Source: Ignisphaera sp. (GTDB lineage Archaea; Thermoproteota; Thermoprotei_A; Sulfolobales; Ignisphaeraceae). From it: 64,000 nt of DNA. Under the pieces are notes generated by a model, which made no database searches, had not been told where the DNA came from, and saw only the letters and a list, made by a program, of their open reading frames with translations. The position numbers and the translations under genes are program-made. Position 1 is the first letter of the stretch, and every line of letters begins with the position of its first letter. Location of the stretch: assembly GCA_020833345.1 (NCBI GenBank), contig JAJHQM010000002.1:6190-70189 (forward strand), in the 5' to 3' direction. Shown here in pieces: positions 19,808 to 27,494 of this stretch.

Positions 19808-20629
19808 TTGTCAAAGTCAAGATTCGTACTTGTATATCCTATAGAGAAAAGGTATGGAACTCTCGTAGATCTCAATGGAAAAATTGTTGATAGAATAGAA
19901 CTGCCAAGCTTATTCAGCTATCCTGTACGAATAGACATAATTAGAAGAGCTGTATTGTCAGCCTTAACGGCAAAAATGCAACCAAAAGGTCGTAACTCTC
20001 TTGCTGGTAAGAGAAGGGTTGGCGAGTCGTGGGGCATAGGATATAGCATTGCAAGAGTTCCAAGGTTAGATAATGGTAGAGCCGTTCTTGCACCCAATGT
20101 TCGTGGTGGTAGAAGACAGTTTGCTCCAACACCACTTAAGAAAATTCATGAGGAGATAAATAGAAAAGAAATGAGAATAGCCATAATTTCGGCTTTAGCA
20201 GCCTTAAGCAATAAGGAGATCGTGCTAAAGAGAAACTATGTAATACCCCAAGGAATTGAATACATTCCAATAATTGTTGTTAATGGCTTTGAATCTTTTG
20301 CAACAACTAAAGAAGTTAAAGAATGGCTCAGGGGAATAGAGCTATGGCAAAATATACTGAGATCGCAAGATAGTACTAGAATCAGAAGTGGAAAGGGAAA
20401 GATGAGAGGTAGGAGGTATAAGGAAAGCAAGAGCATGTTATTTATAGTATCTTCATTAAATGTGCCTGTGGTTAAAGCACTTAAGAATCTTCCAGGAGTT
20501 GAATACTTAACACCTACTACAATGAATATACTTAAACTGGCACCAGGAGGTATGCCAGGCAGACTCGCTATAATTACTCAAAAAGCTTTAGAAAAATTAT
20601 CAGAAATATACGTTGTTGAAAAACCTTAA
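19808..20629 (+). CDS. rpl4: 50S ribosomal protein L4 (uL4)
   Basis: 273 aa with a TTG start. Position after L3. GRRQFAPTPLKK and KGKMRGRRY motifs. Confidence 0.88.
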   Translation: MSKSRFVLVYPIEKRYGTLVDLNGKIVDRIELPSLFSYPVRIDIIRRAVLSALTAKMQPKGRNSLAGKRRVGESWGIGYSIARVPRLDNGRAVLAPNVRGGRRQFAPTPLKKIHEEINRKEMRIAIISALAALSNKEIVLKRNYVIPQGIEYIPIIVVNGFESFATTKEVKEWLRGIELWQNILRSQDSTRIRSGKGKMRGRRYKESKSMLFIVSSLNVPVVKALKNLPGVEYLTPTTMNILKLAPGGMPGRLAIITQKALEKLSEIYVVEKP

Positions 20630-20654
20630 AATATGCTTTAAGGGTGCAACCGTA

Positions 20655-20909
20655 ATGTCCAAAGACATCTTAGTAACTATAGTTACTACCGAGAAGGCAT
20701 ATTTACTTGCAGAGAAACATAATTACTTAACAATAAAAACATATAGAAATGTTAATAAAAAAGAGATTAAGGAGTATGTCGAAAGAAATTTCAATGTTAA
20801 AGTGATTAAGGTTAATACGCTAATTGACAGAGATGGTTATAAAAAAGCATACGTCAAACTTGCACCAGAATATAAGGCTCTGGATATAATGGAAAGACTT
20901 TCAAGGTAA
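20655..20909 (+). CDS. rpl23: 50S ribosomal protein L23 (uL23)
   Basis: MSKDILVTIVTTEKAYLLAEKHNYLTIKTYRNVNKKEIKEYVERNFNVKV... ORF-track start 20613 is probably too far upstream. Confidence 0.85.
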   Translation: MSKDILVTIVTTEKAYLLAEKHNYLTIKTYRNVNKKEIKEYVERNFNVKVIKVNTLIDRDGYKKAYVKLAPEYKALDIMERLSR

Positions 20910-20999
20910 TTTACAGCTGAAAGCTTTACCTTTTAATGTGGGATGGTGAGAAAGATTTATAAGTTCTTTCTGTTTTAATCGTTTTAATGATGGGGCTGT

Positions 21000-21188
21000 G
21001 TGGAAGTGGTTTCTCTAAGCATGGGATGCGAGTTTAGCAATCATACAAACCTAGCTGAGGTAGGTGAAGCTCTGGTACTTCCGACTGCCTTGCAAATGAC
21101 AGATGTGGCCCCAAATAGATGCTGGGAATTAGCGAATTATTCCAAGAATCAAGAATCCCCACCTCTTCAGAGCAGGAGGAGATCAGAT
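21000..21188 (+). mobile_element. Remnant of an IS200/IS605-family (TnpB/OrfB) element 3' end including omega-RNA-like scaffold, copy A
   Basis: 21065-21188 aligns by eye with 27810-27930 (shared blocks AAATGACAGATGT, CCAA(A)TAGATGC, CCACC..TT.AG..CAGG.AGGAGATC.GAT). Its 3' part aligns with 51397-51457. One frame reads ...QMTDVAPNRCWELANYSKNQESPPLQSRRRSDD, reminiscent of TnpB C-termini that overlap the omega-RNA. Confidence 0.45.
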
Positions 21189-21245
21189 GATGTAACTGCC
21201 GAGTACTGAGGCTGTAAATGATGACAGGATCCCCTAACTGAATAA
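21183..21245 (+). ncRNA. Candidate C/D-box sRNA
   Basis: C box ATGATGT (21187-21193), 12-nt spacer, D' CTGA (21206-21209), 8 nt, C' ATGATGA (21218-21224), 13-nt spacer, D CTGA (21238-21241). Confidence 0.55.
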
Positions 21246-21291
21246 TTACGTAAAGAGATCAGCAATAATGAAGACCCATTCGTGAAGCCTC

Positions 21292-21576
21292 ATGTCAGTA
21301 GCATCTAAATATGCAAAAAGATTAAACATTTTCCTACTTCTCAATGATGAGAACAGTATTAGTTACTTAGAAAAATTATTAAAAGAGTTTTGTAGTGAGG
21401 GTGTATGTACGTACAAAATGCATCGTAGCAATATTATAAGGAGACTTCTCTATATAGAATGCTCCTCCAATTCTATATCCTTAGACAAATTATACGAAAG
21501 TATAGAGAATATGATACTAGGTAAGCTTTCAGAAATTGTAACGTGGCATAAAATAGAGATTATTGAAGTTAGGTAA
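21292..21576 (+). CDS. Hypothetical protein (94 aa)
   Basis: ORF only; no recognisable motif. Confidence 0.3.
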   Translation: MSVASKYAKRLNIFLLLNDENSISYLEKLLKEFCSEGVCTYKMHRSNIIRRLLYIECSSNSISLDKLYESIENMILGKLSEIVTWHKIEIIEVR

Positions 21577-21615
21577 CTCTTGATGTATTACAAAAGGCTT
21601 TTATATAGGTCATTA

Positions 21616-22299
21616 TCAATAGGTAACGTCTCTAATTGCAATTATAATTCCATATGGAGGTATGCATAACAGTATGCTTTTCTTAATGTCAAACCTTCTA
21701 CAAGTAAGCATGGTAATGAAGAGTAGAAGTATATATAGCAATACTGCTATTAAGGGTATGAAACTGTATAGCAAGGTTTCAATTGCTAAACTAATAAATA
21801 CTAAGCCAAAACATATTAGAGCAGTAGGTAAATCACTATAATAAAACTTAAGTGACTCGTGCAGTTGTATAGTATTTTGATGCTGTGCAAAAGCCATTGT
21901 AGTACCAGCTTTTTTCTTAAAATCTATAAAAAATTGAATGATTTTAATAAACAGAATGGACAAGAAAGTCAATTCTATTAATATTATTAAATCGCCTGTG
22001 AATAGGAAAAAGAGAAGAGCCTCAGCAAGTAATTGATACCTCTTTTTATAATAAAGTACAATTAGAATCTCTATTATAATTAATGGTATTAGAATAAGTG
22101 TGAATGTTAATAGACTTTGTAAAAGGGCTGGAACTTTAATAGCAATATCGTTGTAAAGTAGCGATGTTGAGGTATTTGGCAAGCGCATTAATATATTTAT
22201 GGATTTTGTAGCTAAAAAAGATGCATAAAGATGCAAGAGTATAATGCCATAAAGAACAGTGTAAATATTGCTTAACATTTTTACATGTTGGCTATCCAT
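21616..22299 (-). CDS. Hypothetical polytopic membrane protein (227 aa)
   Basis: Several long hydrophobic segments; no recognisable family motif. Confidence 0.4.
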   Translation of the reverse strand: MDSQHVKMLSNIYTVLYGIILLHLYASFLATKSINILMRLPNTSTSLLYNDIAIKVPALLQSLLTFTLILIPLIIIEILIVLYYKKRYQLLAEALLFFLFTGDLIILIELTFLSILFIKIIQFFIDFKKKAGTTMAFAQHQNTIQLHESLKFYYSDLPTALICFGLVFISLAIETLLYSFIPLIAVLLYILLLFITMLTCRRFDIKKSILLCIPPYGIIIAIRDVTY

Positions 22300-22412
22300 A
22301 AATTATCAATCTCTTGCATAGACGTAGTAAGTTTAAGATTTTTAATTTTAGTAAATTATTAAAACTTACAGCGATTTATTAATGTAATGTTTGACTCAAA
22401 TACTCAAAATTC

Positions 22413-25313
22413 ATGGTTTACAATTTTATGAAGTGTGATGATAAAGTAGTGGAATACTATGCAAAATTAGGCTTTGCTAGTCTAACTGAGATTCAGAAAA
22501 TGACTTATGCTAAGGTAATGTGCCACGATTTAGACTTACTAGTAGCTGCGCCAACAGGCTCTGGTAAAACTGAGGCAGTTATTGTTCCACTATTTGTTAA
22601 ACTAACTAATGTAGGTTTTTTAAGTAGCGAAGGTATTGCTGTACTATACATTACGCCTCTTAGAGCTCTTAACAGAGATCTTAAGAAGAGATTGAGTAAT
22701 ATTTGTAATATTTTTAATTGTAGTGTGGATGTATGGCATGGTGATACATCCTACTCGGTGAGGAAGAGAATTGTTAAAGTACCTCCTCATATTCTTTTAA
22801 CAACACCTGAAAGCCTTCAGATTTTACTAATTAGAAAAGAGTTGACAAGACACCTAAGCAAGTTATATGCAATAATTATAGACGAAGCACAAGAGCTGAT
22901 ACAGGATGAAAGAGGTTTAGAGCTGCTCTTAGCTATAGAAAGACTCGAAAACATGTTGAAGAGACATGTTAGGAGAATAGCATTAACAACAGCATTAGAT
23001 GAAAAAAATTTAAGGCTTATAGGAGAGGCAGTGTTCTTTAATAGGCATTATGAAATAGCCCTAGCAAATACAAAGAAGAGATACGACGTAAGTGTTAAGC
23101 TTTCCAATGAGAGTTATCAAGCAGGCTTTTTTAGTACAGATGATATTATCAAGAAAATTATTGAGGTAATCAAATCGGGAGTACTTAGGCAAATACTGGT
23201 ATTTACTAATACAAGAACATCAGCTGAAGAGCTTAGCTATTTGCTGAAGTCTAAAGGGGGATTAGAGGAGAATATCGTAGGTCTGCATCACGGGTCTCTT
23301 TCAAAAAGCATTAGAGAAGCTGTTGAAAAGAGCTTTAAGGAAGGTCAGATAAAAGTTGTTGTTGCAACTTCCAGTCTTGAACTTGGTATTGATATAGGTA
23401 AAGTGGATTTCGTCATCCAATACCTATCCCCTAGGCAGGTTTCAAGGCTCTTACAGAGAATTGGCAGGGCAGGGCATAGAGAGGATGAAATGTCAAAAGG
23501 AGTAATAATATCACCTCCCATAATTTCAGAACTTGTTGAATCACTAATAATTGCGAAGAGGCTGGAAAGAGGTAATTTAGAACCCTTGAATATTCATATA
23601 AATAGTCTAGATGTGTTAGCACATCAGTTTGTAGGTTTAGCTTTAGAGCAAGGTTCAGTAACGCTGACAAGTTTCTGGAAAATGGCGAGAAGAGTAGCAG
23701 CATTTCAAGGCATAAGCTTTGATGTTGTGGAAAAGCTAGCGCAATTCCTTAACGATATTGGACTTGTAACATGCCGTAAAGATGAGCAGGAGCTCATATG
23801 CAGTCCTACAAAAAGAGGATATATATATTATGTAACGACAAACATGATACCCGATGCTAGTGAATTTTATGCAAAATCTGTTATAGATCACAAAGTAATA
23901 GCATCATTAGATGAAGATTTTGTTGCGTTGTGCAATCAAGACGATGTAGTAGTTCTCGGCGGAAAGGCTTGGCAAGTTGTTGATGTAAATTATGATGAGA
24001 GAACAGTATGGCTAACTCCTTTATTAAATGCTGGGTATGTAACGCTACCTAGGTGGGTTGGTGAAAATATTCCTGTATACGAAAAAGTTGTGAGAGAAAC
24101 CTGTTCATTTTTTAGGCGGCTCTGCTCTTGTAAAGATGAGACTTGTTTAGACAAGCTCTTCACTTCTTATAAGCTTGATGAAGCAATAAGAAGATTCATA
24201 GTTGTAAATATGAATAATATATGTAGAGTCTACCCAAGTGATAATGTACTTACAGTAGAACTGTATGAAGTCCCTAATGATAATAAATCATTCATAGCGG
24301 TGTATCATTGCTTAGGCTCTAAAGGCTCAGAAGCTTTTTCATTACTTTTGCTAAGAATTCTTAGAGAGTATTTGAATACAGGTGGTAGCTACAAATCACA
24401 TCAAATTGGAACGGTAATTTTAACAAATAGGAGTATTTCTACTGACGAGCTTAAGAAAGTTCTTAGCGTACTAATTCAACTAAATAAAAGCGGTTCTGTA
24501 AGAGAGGCTATAATTGATGAGTTGAAAAAATCATCATTATTTAAGAAGCGTATTATTGAAGTAGCAAAGAGAATGGGAATAATAGCTAAGAATAGTAGCA
24601 TAGAGGAGATAAAGAGGATATTTAATGTGTTGTTAAACATGGAGTTACTCGTCAACGAAACAATTAGAGAACTACTCACAGAAAATCTAGATGTGGAAAC
24701 TGTTGAGAATTTTTTACAAAGACTTAATAAAAATAGAAAGATTAGAATTGTTGTAACGAAAACAGCATCACCATTTTTACAAGAAATTACTCAGCTAGGT
24801 TCTCTACGGTACATTATTAAGAGTAGCATGCTGTCAAGAAATATGATTATTGAAATAGCAAAACGTAGGCTACTGAATAGAAAGACCAAATTGATTTGCC
24901 TCATATGTAACTACGTATTCGAGATTGATATAAACGAATACCTTACAGAGAAATGTATTGATAAAAATCCATTCAAATGCCCCATCTCATGCCCTCATTG
25001 CGGATCCAAGTCACTTGCTGTCGTGGAAAGTGATAATGAATTACAAGAGCTCAAAAATATGCTAATTAAATTAAAGAAGGAGGAGCATTTAAAAATAAAT
25101 GTAGTTGAGTTGAAAAACATAGAAAAGTTTTTGAAAGTAGCAAATCTTGTGATGGACTACGGTTTGGCAGCTCTTGTAACTCTCAATGGTATTGGCATTG
25201 GTGTTGAATTTGCAAAGAGAATTCTGGCAAAATCACATGATTGGAATTCGCTAATATCCAACATATTGGAATACGAGGAAAGTTACCTTAGGACACGAAA
25301 ATACTGGAGCTGA
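22413..25313 (+). CDS. Large SF2 helicase, Lhr-like, with C-terminal 4-Cys zinc ribbon
   Basis: Motif I AAPTGSGKTEA. Motif II IIDEAQ followed by ERGLELLLAIERL (Lhr-like DExH...RG..LE..L.RL). Motif VI QRIGRAGHR. C-terminal CLICN...CPHCGS. Confidence 0.6.
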   Translation: MVYNFMKCDDKVVEYYAKLGFASLTEIQKMTYAKVMCHDLDLLVAAPTGSGKTEAVIVPLFVKLTNVGFLSSEGIAVLYITPLRALNRDLKKRLSNICNIFNCSVDVWHGDTSYSVRKRIVKVPPHILLTTPESLQILLIRKELTRHLSKLYAIIIDEAQELIQDERGLELLLAIERLENMLKRHVRRIALTTALDEKNLRLIGEAVFFNRHYEIALANTKKRYDVSVKLSNESYQAGFFSTDDIIKKIIEVIKSGVLRQILVFTNTRTSAEELSYLLKSKGGLEENIVGLHHGSLSKSIREAVEKSFKEGQIKVVVATSSLELGIDIGKVDFVIQYLSPRQVSRLLQRIGRAGHREDEMSKGVIISPPIISELVESLIIAKRLERGNLEPLNIHINSLDVLAHQFVGLALEQGSVTLTSFWKMARRVAAFQGISFDVVEKLAQFLNDIGLVTCRKDEQELICSPTKRGYIYYVTTNMIPDASEFYAKSVIDHKVIASLDEDFVALCNQDDVVVLGGKAWQVVDVNYDERTVWLTPLLNAGYVTLPRWVGENIPVYEKVVRETCSFFRRLCSCKDETCLDKLFTSYKLDEAIRRFIVVNMNNICRVYPSDNVLTVELYEVPNDNKSFIAVYHCLGSKGSEAFSLLLLRILREYLNTGGSYKSHQIGTVILTNRSISTDELKKVLSVLIQLNKSGSVREAIIDELKKSSLFKKRIIEVAKRMGIIAKNSSIEEIKRIFNVLLNMELLVNETIRELLTENLDVETVENFLQRLNKNRKIRIVVTKTASPFLQEITQLGSLRYIIKSSMLSRNMIIEIAKRRLLNRKTKLICLICNYVFEIDINEYLTEKCIDKNPFKCPISCPHCGSKSLAVVESDNELQELKNMLIKLKKEEHLKINVVELKNIEKFLKVANLVMDYGLAALVTLNGIGIGVEFAKRILAKSHDWNSLISNILEYEESYLRTRKYWS

Positions 25314-25330
25314 GTTAAGATACTGTATTT

Positions 25331-25346
25331 CGAAAACATTTTATAA
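25331..25346 (+). promoter_or_regulatory. Candidate BRE/TATA promoter for the 25371-27236 membrane operon
   Basis: CGAAAACA followed by TTTTATAA (25339-25346), centred about 28 nt upstream of the ATG at 25371. This spacing is typical for leaderless crenarchaeal transcripts. Confidence 0.35.
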
Positions 25347-25370
25347 GTAAGGTTGTTTTTGGGAGTCAAA

Positions 25371-25643
25371 ATGGATATAGTCTCATTAATAAAGGATTTA
25401 ATAAGCAAGGCCGTTGTAGTGGCTTGGCTTCTCTTTTTCCTTTCATGGATTGTAGGATGGGCTATAAAGGGGGCGCCAATACCTATGGGCAGAGCTAGGA
25501 AAATTGGTCAAGGACTTATTGAAGACGCTGTATGGGGTGCTTTTTGGATTGCTGTTGGCACGACTTTATTTTGGCTCATCACCTATATATCATCATATCT
25601 AGGAAACGCTCTTCCATCACCACCTACACCACAAATGCCATGA
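25371..25643 (+). CDS. Small two-helix membrane protein (candidate VirB2/CedA1-like pilin)
   Basis: Hydrophobic helix AVVVAWLLFFLSWIVGWAI, basic loop KGAPIPMGRARKIGQG, second hydrophobic helix VWGAFWIAVGTTLFWLITYI. Start taken at the ATG (MDIVSL). Confidence 0.4.
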   Translation: MDIVSLIKDLISKAVVVAWLLFFLSWIVGWAIKGAPIPMGRARKIGQGLIEDAVWGAFWIAVGTTLFWLITYISSYLGNALPSPPTPQMP

Positions 25644-25671
25644 TATGCGATTCAAACTAAAACTATTTTGA

Positions 25672-27051
25672 ATGTGTTATACGATGTATATATTTTTAAT
25701 TACGTATTACCTAGCTATTCTAACCTTTTATCTAGGTGTATTGATATATTCTTTACCAATACCACTTAGTAATTTAAAGCGATGGGCTCCAAGATTAATA
25801 GCTGATGCCTTTTACATCATGGCGTTGTTGTTTAGCATTTCATCTATAGCGAGGTTTAGTGAGGCTATACAAAGTTTACTGGGTGGGAGCTGGGAGTTTT
25901 TCTTATCATATATGAAAGCTTCAATATTTTTTAGAACGCAACTCTTAGTGTTTTTAGGTACGATAAATGGTATCATAACCCAATTCAAGTTCTTATTGGG
26001 ATTAACTAGGCTCATTTCAATGATCATAAGAGTCATTTCTGCATCGCTTTACGCTTTTACAATTATGTATGCTATTGCAACATTCGTTAGATATTCATTT
26101 TGGTCACTTATAGCACTAGGCCTAGCATTAATGGCTATACCATTTAGAATAGCTCGTAATGCTGGTGCTTTTCTAATAGCATTTGCACTTGTTTTCAATA
26201 CGGCATTACCATTATACATTCAGTTTACAAAAACATTAATATTATCTGAAGATAAGGAATTTGATACTCCAATAATTTTTGGTAACATCATTAATATGGC
26301 TAATAAACCTCTATATACAGGCTACATAGGACTAGAATATCCAGGTGGATATATAGGTCCTATACCAGTATATTCTTCCACATACATTGTACCGGCTGTT
26401 AAATATTTGCAAGAGAATTTAACTGTATACTATGACGTTTGTGGACACATATTTTATACTAATATTACTAGTGTTTCTGTAATGAACCTTTGCAAAGGCG
26501 TAGCACTTTGTAAAGTCAATATGATGGTATATGGCTTGGTGGAATATAGAGAAGGAATAGCTCTTCATGCTAAGCCGTTTCCAAAATTGGTAAATGTAAC
26601 AATATTCACCTCAAATTACATAGAAATTTACACAGAATCAGATATAGAATATGAACTTTACGTATCTATAGTCGATAGTTACAAGATAAAATCCTTTAGA
26701 GTTGATAGTGAAGATATAGGTGATGTTAACAACTTTTACAAGTATAGATGGTATTGGTATAACTTAAATGGGAAGACATACGCAACCCCTGTTCCACCAG
26801 GTAAACATAGAATAGAAATTGAGTTGACCAAAGATTCTAATTCTTTAGTAGAACCTGATGAAAGCTACATATACGAAGCACAAATAAAACTCGTAAGCCA
26901 AGCTAATGCCCCTGGACTTTTTGATGAAGTAACACGAATTATGTACATAGACATAATAGGAGCTACTTTTTATGTATCACTACTCTTGTCAATAAGCTTT
27001 GCCCTTGCAAGATTGTTAGGAGGTGCAACTAGGCTTAGGGTAACGCTATGA
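25672..27051 (+). CDS. Polytopic membrane protein with large extracytoplasmic domain (candidate CedA/VirB6-like)
   Basis: About six N-terminal TM segments, a roughly 200-aa Tyr/Asn-rich soluble region, and a C-terminal TM anchor. Tightly packed between two small TM ORFs. Confidence 0.4.
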   Translation: MCYTMYIFLITYYLAILTFYLGVLIYSLPIPLSNLKRWAPRLIADAFYIMALLFSISSIARFSEAIQSLLGGSWEFFLSYMKASIFFRTQLLVFLGTINGIITQFKFLLGLTRLISMIIRVISASLYAFTIMYAIATFVRYSFWSLIALGLALMAIPFRIARNAGAFLIAFALVFNTALPLYIQFTKTLILSEDKEFDTPIIFGNIINMANKPLYTGYIGLEYPGGYIGPIPVYSSTYIVPAVKYLQENLTVYYDVCGHIFYTNITSVSVMNLCKGVALCKVNMMVYGLVEYREGIALHAKPFPKLVNVTIFTSNYIEIYTESDIEYELYVSIVDSYKIKSFRVDSEDIGDVNNFYKYRWYWYNLNGKTYATPVPPGKHRIEIELTKDSNSLVEPDESYIYEAQIKLVSQANAPGLFDEVTRIMYIDIIGATFYVSLLLSISFALARLLGGATRLRVTL

Positions 27052-27236
27052 TTATTGAAAAAGAGCTTGTAAAGAAAATACTATTATTTAACGTGTTTGC
27101 AATACTAACTCTAATAATAGTTTACAGAAGCCTCGACTTAATAGTAGTAACAACGTTGCTCATATTTATAGTAGTAACAACGTTACTCATAATTACTTTA
27201 ACAACTGCTTCTGAGAACCTCACTTTTCAAGGCTGA
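27048..27236 (+). CDS. Small two-helix membrane protein (62 aa)
   Basis: ATGA overlap with the preceding gene. Hydrophobic throughout. Contains an in-frame 27-nt tandem duplication. Confidence 0.4.
   Translation: MIIEKELVKKILLFNVFAILTLIIVYRSLDLIVVTTLLIFIVVTTLLIITLTTASENLTFQG
27141..27194 (+). repeat. 27-nt tandem duplication (2 units)
   Basis: ATAGTAGTAACAACGTTGCTCATATTT followed by ATAGTAGTAACAACGTTACTCATAATT, encoding IVVTTLLIF then IVVTTLLII. Confidence 0.9.
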
Positions 27237-27273
27237 ATAGTTAAGGAAACGTACAAGCTTTTTATGCTAGTTA

Positions 27274-27411
27274 ATGAGTGGTGATTGCTTGGCTAAGTTA
27301 AAGTGCCCTAAATGCGGATATTTTTGGGATTATAAGGGTAAGAAGCAGTACTATGCTACATGCCCTAACTGCTTTAGGAACGTAAGCATAGTTAAGCATA
27401 GAATAGAATAA
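27274..27411 (+). CDS. Small zinc-ribbon protein (45 aa; below ORF-track cutoff)
   Basis: Own translation: MSGDCLAKLKCPKCGYFWDYKGKKQYYATCPNCFRNVSIVKHRIE. CPxCG...CPNC ribbon. Confidence 0.35.
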   Translation: MSGDCLAKLKCPKCGYFWDYKGKKQYYATCPNCFRNVSIVKHRIE

Positions 27412-27494
27412 ATGTCTTTGGTCTATGAAGATTCTCTAACCCTGACTATTAGGATGAGGACTAGCTTAATTTATTCAAAGAACTGACGAGCCTC

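Noticed and set aside
21000-21209. 69-aa ORF in the rpl23 downstream gap.
   Set aside because: It coincides with the TnpB-end repeat (copy A). The homologous region in copy B is interrupted by a stop, so it is a decayed remnant or RNA-coding region rather than a gene.
27213-27233. C-terminal ENLTFQG in the 62-aa membrane ORF resembles the TEV protease site ENLYFQG.
   Set aside because: It lacks the essential Tyr, occurs in a native archaeal context with no vector-like flanks, and is most simply coincidence.
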